A stretch of 64,000 nucleotides of DNA from Bacteroidales bacterium (GTDB lineage: Bacteria; Bacteroidota; Bacteroidia; Bacteroidales; UBA12077), in assembly GCA_013138975.1 (NCBI GenBank), contig WTBR01000027.1, positions 201-64,200 on the forward strand, written 5' to 3'. Shown here piece by piece: positions 8,701 to 17,500 of the stretch (its first letter is position 1; every line of letters starts with the position of its first letter). Both the position numbers and the translations under genes were made by a program. The notes under the pieces are model-generated. The model had not been told where the DNA came from and did no database searches. It saw nothing but the letters and a program-made list of their open reading frames with translations.

Positions 8701-10138
8701 AAATTGAACTAAATATATTTTTAAAGTATGTTATATATCGGTCAATTGTTACGGATTTAAATAGTTTTGTACAATACTCAAAATTTAGTAATATTTGTTT
8801 ACCATAATCAACTGCTGTCAAGGATAAATCAAATTTTGATAATCTAACCTTATGAACATGTAAGTGGTTGCTAAAATCCGATAAAACCTTATCAGATTTT
8901 TCTTTATTAATCATATTAAACTTTACATCAAACAAGGGATTGCGACCAGCGTCTCGTATTACTAAAATTTTCTCAATTAGATCTTCGAACTGATAATCCT
9001 GATTTTCATAGGACTCAAGCGTCGTTTGCATTAATTTTTCAAAAAAAACCTTTACAGTATCTTCCCCTTTTACTTCGTTTCGAATAGCAAGTGTATTCAC
9101 AAACATCCCAACGATTTGGAACAAATCGGCATAATTACGTCCTACTAATGGGGTTCCCACCACAATATCTTCCTGACCACTTAACTTTGATAATAATATT
9201 TTAAAAACTGACAGAATTGCCATGGAAATAGTTATCCCATTCTCTTCTGTTAGTAACTTAATAGCTTCTGTTTCTTTTTGGTTTAATATAAAACTTACTG
9301 AGGCCCCTTCATGGCTCTGTACAACTGGACGTTTATAATCTGTCGGGAGACTCAATACCGGAACTTTTCTTTCAAATTTACGAATCCAGTAATCTGCTTG
9401 ACCTTTAATCTTTTTTTGCTGTACCTTACTATTTTGCCACTCACTATAATCTTTATATTGTAATTTTAAAGGAGTTAACTTTTGATCAGAATATAGGAGA
9501 AAAAATTCTTTTTCTAAAATACCGTCAGAGAATGCATCATTTATAATATGATGCATATCTAATAATAATACGGATTTCTTTCCTTTTATATTAACTAGTG
9601 CAGCCCTTATAAGTGGCGCTTTGTCTAAGTAAAAAGGTTTTTTAAATATATTCTCAATTTCATTTTCTTTGTTCTTATCAATAAAAAATTCCTCAATATT
9701 AAATTCCACCTTTTCCTTTATGCATTGAATAGGTTCTTCATCAAGCAATTCAAAGCTAGTTCTCATGCTTTCATGACGTTGTATCAAAATTTGAAATGTT
9801 GCTTCTATTTTTTCTTTATCCGGATTCAAGCCTAACGGTATAACATAAGGCATATTGTAAACTACAGACTCCAAATCCATCTGTTGTAATAAAAAGATTC
9901 TCCTTTGTGCAAAGGATAAATGATAATATTCTTTTTTTTCACTATTAATAATTAAAGATGATGATTCGCCTTGAAAATCTTTAAGAATCTTAATTACATC
10001 GCTTTTCTTCTTTTTTAATTCATTTATAAGTTCATCAATTAAGATTCCCTTAGGTATTTTTAGTTTTAGTTTTTCTTCTTCAACACTTAATATAACATGC
10101 TTCTTATTTAATTCCGCCAAAAGTTCTTTAACTTTCAT
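2795..10138 (-). CDS. NRPS subunit, last in the operon: dock-C-[degenerate A with embedded PKS-type AT]-T-E-[C-like, HQxxxDA]
   Basis: 2447-aa ORF. The N-terminus resembles a TubC-type docking region. C motif MHHIINDAFSDG (HH at 9548-9553). A-domain remnants are a2 LGVIKAGCAYVP, a P-loop replaced by FNTYSKKNEIIKT (~8163-8215), a4 SSDFDVSF (~8043-8070), a5 NLYGTELTS (~6369-6399) and a10 NEKGEIDK. AT motif ALIGHSFGEY at 7325-7354. T motif FFQIGGDSIKA (Ser 5648-5650). E motif HHLVTDGISWRI (HH 5111-5116). The terminal C-like domain carries HQAIMDA (3686-3706). Confidence 0.9.
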   Translation of the reverse strand: MKVKELLAELNKKHVILSVEEEKLKLKIPKGILIDELINELKKKKSDVIKILKDFQGESSSLIINSEKKEYYHLSFAQRRIFLLQQMDLESVVYNMPYVIPLGLNPDKEKIEATFQILIQRHESMRTSFELLDEEPIQCIKEKVEFNIEEFFIDKNKENEIENIFKKPFYLDKAPLIRAALVNIKGKKSVLLLDMHHIINDAFSDGILEKEFFLLYSDQKLTPLKLQYKDYSEWQNSKVQQKKIKGQADYWIRKFERKVPVLSLPTDYKRPVVQSHEGASVSFILNQKETEAIKLLTEENGITISMAILSVFKILLSKLSGQEDIVVGTPLVGRNYADLFQIVGMFVNTLAIRNEVKGEDTVKVFFEKLMQTTLESYENQDYQFEDLIEKILVIRDAGRNPLFDVKFNMINKEKSDKVLSDFSNHLHVHKVRLSKFDLSLTAVDYGKQILLNFEYCTKLFKSVTIDRYITYFKNIFSSILINQNQKIVDIDLINSIEKENLIQEFLSFENKNTHNIPVQMELKEIFNIHSGRIAIIKDDIQITYSEINKRASIISNYIKRNFEKGSKVGVFLGDEIEMIISILGVIKAGCAYVPKSDVIPVKIEDVDLVISNSITDHKFSFIYEEVIEQAYVNFTEIEIDYLPGDKIAIFNTYSKKNEIIKTSITNENLSSLLYWFIQKYKIETTPKTILSSDFDVSFNLLEIMSIIFCGGVICITDLNLDYTNNLKQDFNLRFEDDEPVLTQIDSYENDNGKYYFIPLSSATKLGLDNRIKNLKQVIQRKRNLKINDLSYTLCQSKALQFKKAFISNSINDLQKCITKYNIDSDVSTTNEFADTNIVFMYSGLGSQYVNMGRDLYENIPFFKETIDNCFDILNRIMDVDLKSVLYPIDIDFKESQNKFKSITYSAPIKFIYEYSLSKLLISWGIKPTALIGHSFGEYVAASIAEVVALSDILKLIVTRSKLMLKTPDGAMTNVFISADEINKLLFGSISIAAINGPENCIISGLTNEITDLEEELNKSGILYIRLNFDKASHSSLMNLIEDDFKEISKEITIKDPQIDYITCFKGSIIKSKEDLSNDFWFNQLRSTVNFSAGLSQILTDKKLILLEIGPGQNLIQLVKQHANFDKSKYSLYDLTKHQNNKDSDLPYLYRKIEKFWSAGFDFNYQKINKNEGKPVNLNLRNYDLPFLINKFNISHLITCSNSFFHKLYSESNNQIINLQYLFFYNSQLTLNDILQKNGKYSKNTKFINLYGTELTSMINSGYEITQENSNISIPVIGKGNSFSNLTILDENRNKCGIGMPGKIAINTLFSEYSHENKRNFISNPFGDNLIYISGDIGRLMSDGNIEFLKSDSSKKKVRNYYFYLDEVEKYLKESEFVLDLVIILHDESGELYCYVEFKDQSDLKKESQLVLRLKNVFLQKYSELFIPEYFIVVRNMPRNEKGEIDKESLFIPNISINDGFVAPRNEIERKLAEVWSTVLNIENIGINKNFFQIGGDSIKAIQIQARMNKAGYRTTVKSIFEFPTISDLAPRITLKANEVSQVAVSGLIKKTPAQHHFFKDTTDLNHHNQSVLLHSIKRLDKKILEKVILKLQEHHDALRIICKYQDGEYVLNNKDSEGSPISLKVYNLEDNSNVDENLTFYANQIQRSINLEDGPLMKLGLFHLSDGDRLLIVIHHLVTDGISWRIIFEDIETLYKKLSTGDEPKLPPKSNSFKDWSDKLTEYAESKKLLEQRTYWKNILDRDRLSLNHDIDDENIGDNEIGNKQFTLSATITNKLLTQINGSNSTEINDILLCGLGCGIREALGNENILVYLEGHGREELFPDIDISRTIGWFTTKYPILLEMKYIDNLSMQINSIKENLQRVPDKGIGYGVLKHLSKTELIEGLCFENEPKIIFNYLGQFDTEVEQMKQFSIAKEYGGDSISSNRKTNIDLAFNCMIAKGALTVSLNYKKKYYSERQISDLINHYKVSLINIVDYSTRNSKIIPVSSDFTYKNISLNEIDFLSSKFEIEDIDKLTPMQLSVLPADVYGNSNLIQFSCRISGDINILILEKSFNELLKRHETLRSVFYISNSNQPLKVVLKERKIDFLYHNVSEKDNINDLESILMNYEQKDKEKGFDLSNDTLIRVTILKIKNKEYRMIISSHQAIMDAMSINILMKQLLEIYQLILCGKEISLKRPVQYQRYCEWVKNQDYAESEKFWVNYLRDVNCFTDLSEFKKLNSETSIFEEGIYKDFLNEQQTHLLNKFYLNSNVLFMTIFYSVWGIILSKLYNKNEVVFGAILSGRQDEIRGLCSAVGSFSNIIPIKIQFDPTFRFIDLLKTVESNLEKCKKHGYIQINTIKKLKAEKLKFTKSIVGMQRYNYFSEVENIFNSPSDTNRISLDQIKLIDSIYYNIDISVFNADKLEISFQYNKNAYSIDFINQLGNHFKSIFNKIISNEDILLNEINL
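2798..4155 (-). other. Terminal condensation-like domain with altered active-site motif (HQAIMDA instead of HHxxxDG)
   Basis: Residues ~1995-2447 align with the DCL-type C domains elsewhere in the window (LTPMQ..., RHETLRSVF). Aligned on the conserved MD, SFHHILMDGWC in the other domains corresponds to SSHQAIMDAMS here, so the second (catalytic) His is Gln and the Gly is Ala. Confidence 0.7.
5760..8596 (-). other. Degenerate (probably non-adenylating) A-domain scaffold interrupted between a4 and a5
   Basis: The a4-to-a5 spacing is ~555 aa, against ~92 aa in the intact A domain of the 855-aa subunit in this window. The glycine-rich P-loop TSGSTGxPKG is absent (TYSKKNEIIKT). a5 lacks Pro (YGTELTS). 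a6 (GKIAINTLFSEY) and a8 (FLKSDSSKKKVRNYYFYLDEVE) are decayed. a7 YISGDIG and the a10 Lys are retained. Confidence 0.7.
6555..7880 (-). other. PKS/FAS-type KS-AT linker + acyltransferase + post-AT linker unit embedded in the A-domain scaffold
   Basis: KS-AT-linker-like YYFIPLSSATKLGLDNRIKNLKQ...LSYTLCQSKALQFKKAFISNSINDLQKCI. AT motifs are FMYSGLGSQYVNMG (~7600-7632), GHSFGE (Ser at 7337-7339), Arg at +25 from the Ser (LIVTRSKLM, as for FabD S92/R117), and KASH with His at +99. Post-AT linker-like LLEIGPGQNL...KFWSAGFDFNYQ...NYDLPFLINKF (~6555-6835). Confidence 0.8.
9971..10138 (-). other. TubC-type N-terminal docking region
   Basis: MKVKELLAELNKKHVILSVEEEKLKLKIPKGILIDELINELKKKKSDVIKILKDF has the pattern of TubC-like docking domains (helix; 'X-L-x-v-eg-d-kL-k-l-k-a-p-kg-l-l-t-d-eL' strand pair; helix). 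The upstream subunit ends with the acidic/hydrophobic tail ...IEYDEIEI. Confidence 0.6.
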
Positions 10139-10201
10139 TTCAGTATCAATTTTACTTTACAATAATCTGTTAATATCTCAATAATTATCAATTAAAAATA
10201 T

Positions 10202-12769
10202 CTAAATTTCGATTTCATCGTATTCGATTTTTCCTTGACTTACTGTATTCGTATATATTATTAAAGCAAGCATCCTAATTGTTGGATTTTTATAAACTTG
10301 TATATATGGTATTTTTATATTTAACTCCTTTTGAATCTGGTTGATCATAATTATAGCTTTAATTGAATGCCCTCCAATTTTAAAGAAATTCGATGTTATA
10401 CTTATATCTTCTTTTTTTATATTTAATAGTTCTGACCAAATTTCTACAAGTTTTTCTTCTGTATCATTTGAGGGGGCAATATAATCGTCACCTGCTTTTA
10501 CCTCTGGTAATGGCAGAGCTTTGCGATTTACCTTTCCATTGGGAGTTAGTGGTAAACTCTCCAATTCTACAAAATATGAAGGAATCATATTATAGGGAAG
10601 TTGCGATGATATATAAGCTCTTAACTCTTCTTGATTAAGTTCTTCTTTACAAACTACATATGCGCATAGGTACTTTTCATTGCTTTCTTCAATAGCAAGG
10701 ACTACACTCTCTTGTATATTTTCATGTTTTAATAAAGTACTCTCTATCTCTCCAAGCTCTATCCTAAAACCACGAATCTTTACTTGATGATCAATTCTGC
10801 CTAAAAATTCTATATTACCTTCTTTTGTCCACTTGCCTAAATCACCTGTGCGATACAATTTCTCTCCTTCTTTATAAGGATGATCTATGAATTTCTCTTG
10901 GGTTAAAATTTGATTTCCTAAATAACCTCGAGCTAAGCCAGCTCCACCAACACAAAGCTCTCCTGCTATACATACAGGTAAAGTCATATTGCATTTATCT
11001 AAAATATAAATTTGAACATTATCTACTGGTCTTCCTATTGATACTGTTAGGTTATTATCTTTTTCAAAATTATACTTATATATCATACATCCAACTACTG
11101 TTTCTGTTGGACCATATTCATTATATATCTCAATATTACCTTTATATTTATTATGAATTTCTTTAGCTAAATCAGTATTTAACTCTTCTCCACCCACAAT
11201 TAATCTTTTTATTCTTGAAACATTATTATTTTCTTTTAATAATTTCAAATGTGCAGGGGTTAGTTTTACAACATCAACTTTATTATCATTAAATACGTTC
11301 TCAATTACTAATTCATTTTCTTTTTCTTTATATATTATTACTTTATTTCCTGTAATTAAAGGAAGAAAGAGAGAAGTTACAGTTAAATCAAAAGATAATG
11401 ATGAATATAAAGGAAAATCAACCTTTTCACCTTTTATATATATTTTTGATGCCCAACACAAATAATTCACAACACCACTGTGAGTTATAAGAGTTCCTTT
11501 CGGTTTCCCTGTACTTCCAGAAGTATAAATTACATAGATTAAATCACTAATAGAATTTGTTATTTCTATATTTGACTTATTACCTTGGTATAGATTTTTA
11601 TCATTTAAATTTATTAGAAAAATATTTTTACAATCTTCTGCAATTTTTAAAAATGATTCCTGTGTTAATAAAATTTCAGCTTTACTATCTTTAAGTATAT
11701 ATCTTATGCGATCTTCTGGATAAGCCAGATCAATAGGCAAATAAGCTCCGCCTGCTTTTAAAATACCCATTATTCCAATAATCATTTCAAATGAACGATC
11801 AACCATGATACCAACAATTGTATCAGGCTTTACTCCTTTTGCTCTTAATAAGAGAGCTAATTGATTGGACCTTACATTCAATTCTTGAAAACTCATCCCT
11901 TCTTTTTCAAATACCAATGCAATATTATTTGGAGTTTTTTCTACTTGTTCTTCAAATAACTTATGAAGCATCTTATCTTTTGGATAATTAGAAGCAGTAT
12001 CATTAAATCCATACAGTAATTGATATTTTTCAGTCTCAGACAGAATATCTATTTTATCAATGTTTTTATTTGGATCTTTCAAAGAAAGGTTTAAAAGCCT
12101 CTCAAAATGTTTAAAGATCTGCTGAATATCTTCTTCAGTCTGAATATTTCTATTGTATTTAATATTACATTCTATATAATTTTCATGTCTTTCAAAGAAA
12201 AAGGTAAAATTATTATTAATATTTGTCAAAAAAATTTCATTCTGAATATTTTTAAGGAAAACGACAACATCGAATAAAGGGAAATTGCTATCATTATTAT
12301 CTATTTTCAACTCCCTTAATAAATTAACAATAGGATAATTAGAATGCTCGATTGCATTCTTAAGAAGAAATTGATTCTTAATTAGTAACTCTTTTAAAGT
12401 ATTTTTTCCATTCAATTCATTTTTTATTGGCAAAATCGTATTTATAAATTCACCTTCCTTTTCTTGATTTAAAATAGTAGTTCCAATTGTAATATCATTT
12501 AATTGAGAATACTTTCTCAATAGAACTACAACTTCAGTCATTAAAAATACTAACAACCTATTATCAGACCCCGAAGTAACTATCATAATTTTATTATAGA
12601 TATCTTCAGTGATTTTAAAATTCATTTCCTTAAGATTATTGTCTTTATTCTTATGTGATTCTAAATGTGAAAAATTACAAAATCCTGTTTTTTCTGAGAA
12701 TATATTCATCCAATATCTCTTTTCTTTACCATATTGAGTGGAGATTATATTTAATGCTTTATCATCCAT
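10202..12769 (-). CDS. NRPS subunit: half-C (C-terminal lobe only)-A(Asn-like code)-T
   Basis: 855-aa ORF. The N-terminal ~230 aa align with the post-HHxxxDG half of C domains (RYWMNIF..., DITIGTTIL, FINTILPIKN, PLFDVVV) but have no HHxxxDG. A motifs are LKAGGAYLPID, YVIYTSGSTGKPKGT (~11492-11540), NEYGPTE and GRIDHQVKIRGFRIELGEIE. The hand-read Stachelhaus code DLTKIGEVGK resembles Asn. T motif FFKIGGHSIKA (Ser 10364-10366). Confidence 0.9.
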   Translation of the reverse strand: MDDKALNIISTQYGKEKRYWMNIFSEKTGFCNFSHLESHKNKDNNLKEMNFKITEDIYNKIMIVTSGSDNRLLVFLMTEVVVLLRKYSQLNDITIGTTILNQEKEGEFINTILPIKNELNGKNTLKELLIKNQFLLKNAIEHSNYPIVNLLRELKIDNNDSNFPLFDVVVFLKNIQNEIFLTNINNNFTFFFERHENYIECNIKYNRNIQTEEDIQQIFKHFERLLNLSLKDPNKNIDKIDILSETEKYQLLYGFNDTASNYPKDKMLHKLFEEQVEKTPNNIALVFEKEGMSFQELNVRSNQLALLLRAKGVKPDTIVGIMVDRSFEMIIGIMGILKAGGAYLPIDLAYPEDRIRYILKDSKAEILLTQESFLKIAEDCKNIFLINLNDKNLYQGNKSNIEITNSISDLIYVIYTSGSTGKPKGTLITHSGVVNYLCWASKIYIKGEKVDFPLYSSLSFDLTVTSLFLPLITGNKVIIYKEKENELVIENVFNDNKVDVVKLTPAHLKLLKENNNVSRIKRLIVGGEELNTDLAKEIHNKYKGNIEIYNEYGPTETVVGCMIYKYNFEKDNNLTVSIGRPVDNVQIYILDKCNMTLPVCIAGELCVGGAGLARGYLGNQILTQEKFIDHPYKEGEKLYRTGDLGKWTKEGNIEFLGRIDHQVKIRGFRIELGEIESTLLKHENIQESVVLAIEESNEKYLCAYVVCKEELNQEELRAYISSQLPYNMIPSYFVELESLPLTPNGKVNRKALPLPEVKAGDDYIAPSNDTEEKLVEIWSELLNIKKEDISITSNFFKIGGHSIKAIIMINQIQKELNIKIPYIQVYKNPTIRMLALIIYTNTVSQGKIEYDEIEI
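12074..12769 (-). other. N-terminal truncated condensation domain (C-terminal lobe only, no active-site His motif)
   Basis: See the CDS entry above. Only 24 nt separate this start from the upstream stop, so the missing ~180-aa N-lobe cannot be hidden by a frameshift. Confidence 0.7.
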
Positions 12770-12793
12770 AACAAACCTTATCCTTTAATATTA

Positions 12794-14482
12794 TTAAACT
12801 AAATTAAAATCCCAATCTGTATCAAATAAATTGCTTGCTTTATTTATTATTTGCTTATTTCGACATTCCTTTACAACTGAATTTTCTTTTTCAAAATCAA
12901 TATAGCTTGGTACAGCATTTATATGAAGTTCTTTCCATCTCTTATCAGCATCAATTATTTCGTTCAATGAATAAGGATTAGGAATATTTAATTTCTTACA
13001 ATGTTCTATAAACCTGTTTACCCGACTATAAATTTCTTCTCTATTTGGTTCTGTATCAAGAAAATACGACTGCCCCAATAACATCTCTTTTTCATAATTA
13101 TCATATACTTCACCTATTTTGCCATTTTTTATAAAACTATCAGAACCAGACTGTCCAGTATACGAATAAATAAAGGGACAGCAATCTGCTTCATAAATAT
13201 CTTCACTTAATCTCTCTAACAGGTCCAGTGTCATTTGAAAATCTTCTTCAGTTTCACCAGGATAACCACAAATCCAATATGTTGTTGTTTTAACTCCTGC
13301 TTCAGCAAGGGATGAAATCGCAGATATTATTTCATCTATTTTTATTTTTTTATTCATTAAATCAAGTACTTTTTGAGAACCACTTTCAACTCCTATGCGT
13401 GCTCTGTAAAAACCACCCTTCCTCCATAAAAAAGAATTTTCAAGATAAGAACCATTCTTATCAACCCTAAGATACCCATCAAAATAAACAGGAGTATTTT
13501 CTTTAGCTATTTCTACTGACAGTTCCGTAATTATAGGATTTAAAAGTGAATCACACATAAGAAAAAGTTGATTCTTATGTGTTTTATACATTTCTTTTAA
13601 ATCATCTAGTACATGCTTTATATTCTTCGTTCTATATTTACCCTTATAAACTGTTTCAGAACAAAATTCACATTGCATATAACAGCTTCTTGAACCCTCA
13701 TAAGAATCTAACATGTAGAAAGATAAATCAAGATCAGAAAAATCAGGACTTTTCACATCAGAAATTGGAAATACCTCACCATCAAGATCTTTTATAGTAA
13801 AAACCCTTTTAGATTCAAGAAATTCATTTCTAAAATATTTCAATAACAATAATTCTGATTCACCTATAAAAATTTTATCAAAAATATCTTCTGTTTTTTT
13901 AAGAAAAAATTTAAAATTTGGAGAATTTAATGTCAAGTCTGAAAAAATTGAGCCTCCAATTAACGTCGTAATATAAGAAAATCTCTTTTTAATAATTCGA
14001 GCAGCAAAAAGAGAAGAAGGAAATGTATCATTGTAAACAGAAAATCCAATCGTTGTTGGTTTTTCTGTTTCAATTAAATCAATAATATATTTTTCAAAAT
14101 ATTCAAAATATTCTTTTATATAGTCATCGATTTCGTTAATTTGAAGATCATTCAATTTTGTAAAATAAGTCCTCCAAATTAACTTTCTTATTAAGTTTTT
14201 ATACCTTGCTTCATCTTTTCTATTAATAAAAGCCATCATATGATTTTTTAAAACATCATAGCCTATATTGAGAAAATTTCCTCTTTTTTGTTTTGGTATG
14301 ATTTTTTTTAAAAGCTCAAAATATAAGGAGATATACTCTTTTAGCTTTACATCAATATTTGCATCAACAATTCTAATATCATATCCATATTGTTTTAAAA
14401 AGCTTTTTAAAACTGAAATACCAGTCGGCGGTATCAATGTATCCCAAAAAGGTAACATTAAAAATATATTTTTTTCTTTCAA
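12794..14482 (-). CDS. B12-binding-domain-type (class B-like) radical SAM enzyme, stand-alone
   Basis: 562-aa ORF. N-terminal Rossmann/B12-binding-like region (FLMLPFWDTLIPPTGISVLKSFLKQYGYDIRIVDANI...TTIGFSVYND...TLIGGSIF...IFIGESELLL). CxxxCxxC motif SCYMQCEFC at 13661-13684. GFYRARIGVESGSQKVLDLMNK motif. About 45% identical by eye to the 563-aa paralogue at 23166-24857. The start in the ORF track is a TTG (14480-14482) preceded by AAAGGAG. Confidence 0.85.
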   Translation of the reverse strand: MKEKNIFLMLPFWDTLIPPTGISVLKSFLKQYGYDIRIVDANIDVKLKEYISLYFELLKKIIPKQKRGNFLNIGYDVLKNHMMAFINRKDEARYKNLIRKLIWRTYFTKLNDLQINEIDDYIKEYFEYFEKYIIDLIETEKPTTIGFSVYNDTFPSSLFAARIIKKRFSYITTLIGGSIFSDLTLNSPNFKFFLKKTEDIFDKIFIGESELLLLKYFRNEFLESKRVFTIKDLDGEVFPISDVKSPDFSDLDLSFYMLDSYEGSRSCYMQCEFCSETVYKGKYRTKNIKHVLDDLKEMYKTHKNQLFLMCDSLLNPIITELSVEIAKENTPVYFDGYLRVDKNGSYLENSFLWRKGGFYRARIGVESGSQKVLDLMNKKIKIDEIISAISSLAEAGVKTTTYWICGYPGETEEDFQMTLDLLERLSEDIYEADCCPFIYSYTGQSGSDSFIKNGKIGEVYDNYEKEMLLGQSYFLDTEPNREEIYSRVNRFIEHCKKLNIPNPYSLNEIIDADKRWKELHINAVPSYIDFEKENSVVKECRNKQIINKASNLFDTDWDFNLV

Positions 14483-14509
14483 AATACATCTCCTTTAAAA
14501 TTGATTATT

Positions 14510-17500
14510 CTATATATTAAAACCATCATCTAAATTTATATTGGTATTTACTTCTGTATACTTATGAGTAAATTTAATTTCTTCAAGCTTTCTATTTGGC
14601 GACTCAATAATTTTAGAAATTATTTCTTTTAAATAATAAGCATACTTTTCTATTGTTTGTTGCTTGAATAATTTAGAACAATAATCTATACTTATAAAAA
14701 GATTTTTCTCAAATTCCACACATGTAAATGTTATGTCAAAATGAACTTTAATTAGCTTTCCATAAATAAGTTCATCTGTATAATCATTTAATTGAGCTTG
14801 ATTTTGATTTAGAAAATTTATAATTACATCAAAAATGGGATTGTGACTTATATCTCGCTTTATCCCTAGTATATTTACTAAATCATCAAATTGATAATCC
14901 TGATTTTCAAAGGCTGAAATAGCTTTATTTCTAACATCCTTTAAGAATGAATCAAAACTTTTTTGCCCTTCAGGAAAATTTCGTAGAGGCAACATATTTA
15001 CAAACATTCCAATAACATTCTGCAAATCATTATGCCTCCTTCCACTAACACTCGTTCCTATAGTGATATCTTCTTGTCCACTCAGTTTAGATAAAAAAAT
15101 ATTAAATACTGCTAAAAGGACTATAAATAAAGTCGAATCACTTTCCCTTGCTATTTTGATAAGTTCTTTAGTTTCGTTTTCATTTAGGTAAAAACTTATA
15201 CTTGATCCTTCAAAATTTTGTACAACAGGTCGGACATAATCTGTAGGTAAGTTTAAACCTGAAAATTCTTTAACAAATTCATTTAACCAATACTCCTCCT
15301 GCTCCCTTATCTCAAATTGCTGTTTTTCTGTATTTTGCCATTCAGAATAGTCCTTATATTGTAGGTTTAAGGAGGGCAATTCTTCTCCTGAATACAATGA
15401 TTCAAATTCTTCCTTTAAGATTTTCTGCGAAGTTCCATCACTTATGATATGATGCATATCAATCATTAACAAGCTGTCTTCTCCTTTTATATCTACTATA
15501 GCTGCTCGTAAAAAAGGTGCTTTTGATAAATCAAAGGGCTTTATAAAATTATTTCGTGTGGTTTCAATTTCTGTGCTTTCTATACTTAGTTCTTCAAACT
15601 CAAACTCAACATCCCTACTTATAAGCTGAACAGCCTCACCATCAACTATAATTATGCTTGTACGGAAACTCTCATGACGATTTATTAGTTGTTTGAATAC
15701 TTCTTCTATTTTTAGCTTATCTGCCTCTTTTCCCAATGAAATTATAATGGGCATATTGTAGGCGGTTGAGGTCAAATCAATCTGCTGTAATAAGTATATC
15801 CGCTTTTGAGCAGAAGACATACTATAATTTGTCTTTTTTTCTGTCTTTAAAACTGATATAAAGAGCTTTTCATCACTTGATTTTATGTAATTAGCCTGCT
15901 GTTTGATTGTTCCATTTAGAAAAATATCTTTAAGCGAAAATTCTACTCCAATTTCTTTATGAATTGAACCCACTAATAAAATAGCTTTTAAAGAATGACC
16001 ACCTAAATTAAAAAAATTAGATGTCACACTAATTTCTTCTTGTGCTATATTTAATACTTTTGACCAAATTTCTGCGAGTTTCTCTTCTATTTCATTTGAT
16101 GGTTTTATATAATCTTCTCCAGCTTTTATTTCAGGAGTGGGTAATTTTTGTCGATCGACTTTTCCGTGATTAGTTAAAGGTAAGCCATCCATCTCAACAA
16201 AATATGAAGGGATCATATAATACGGTAAAGATTCTAGTAAATACTCACGAAGTTTTTCTTGATTAAAATTTTCTGCACATACTAAATATGCACAAAGAAA
16301 CTTATCATCATTTTCTTCCATGGCTAATACAATGCATTCTTTTACATTATTGAAACTGAGTAAGACATTTTCAATTTCTCCCAGTTCTATCCTGAAACCA
16401 CGAATTTTCACTTGCTCATCCACTCTTCCAATATATTCAATATTACCATCTGGTAACCATCTTGCCAAATCTCCTGTTCTATAAATTCTCTCGTTGTTCT
16501 TAAATGGATTTAAAATGAATTTTTCATTATCTAGTTCTGACTTGTTCATATATCCTCGTGCCAAACCAATGCCTCCTATACATAATTCACCGATAACTCC
16601 AATAGCAGATAACTTTAGATTTTTTGATAATATGTATATGGCTGTATTGTCTATTGGTTTACCTATAGGAATAGTCCTGCTTTTATCAACATCTTTACAA
16701 TCATAATATGTAACATCTATGGTTGCTTCGGTTGGACCATATAAATTTGAAATATTAATTTGTTTATTAAATTTGAATAATTCATTGAACTTCAACACAT
16801 CTTCTTTTCTTAATGCTTCTCCACTGCATATTACATGTCTAAGAAATAATAATTCCTCTGTATTATTTCCAAAATCTGATTCCAATACAATCAAAAACGT
16901 TTTTAACATAGATGGAACAAAATGAATTATTGAAACTTTACTATCAGCAATTGCTTTTATAATTTTTCTAGGTTCTTTTTCAGCTTCTGGTTCCAGTAAT
17001 ATTAATTTCGATCCACATATTGCCCATAATAACAATTCCCATACTGAAACATCAAATGTATATGGAGTTTTTTGGATAAAAATATCATCAGAAGAAACAT
17101 TATAGTAGTTCTTCATCCAACTTAACCTGTTAACCAATGACCGGCTCTCAATCATGGCTCCCTTGGGTCTGCCTGTGGTTCCAGATGTGTATATTATATA
17201 TTCTAATCTATTCCTTGTTGTTTGTTTACTATCTTTCTTAATATTAATATTTTCTTTATGCTCTATTTCATTTTCCAAGTATAAAGTATCAACTTTTATA
17301 ATAATACCTTTTGAATCCTTTTGGGTTGTAAGTAAAATTTCAGACTTACAGTCATTTAGAATATAATTAATTCTGTCTTTTGGATCTTTTGGTGAAATTG
17401 GTAAATAGACCCCTCCAGCTTTTAAAATTCCGAAAATCCCTACTAGCATTTCAATAGATCTATTTACCATTATTGGAACTACTTTATTTTCCTTTACACC

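Noticed and set aside
14483-14500. AAAGGAG upstream of the TTG start of the 562-aa radical SAM gene, considered as evidence for a Shine-Dalgarno-using (for example Firmicutes) host
   Set aside because: It is a single occurrence. The other gene starts inspected have no comparable purine-rich motif (10138, 19024, 22997, 24857, 32632, 37398) or at best a weak AAGG (12769), so it is not informative for taxonomy.
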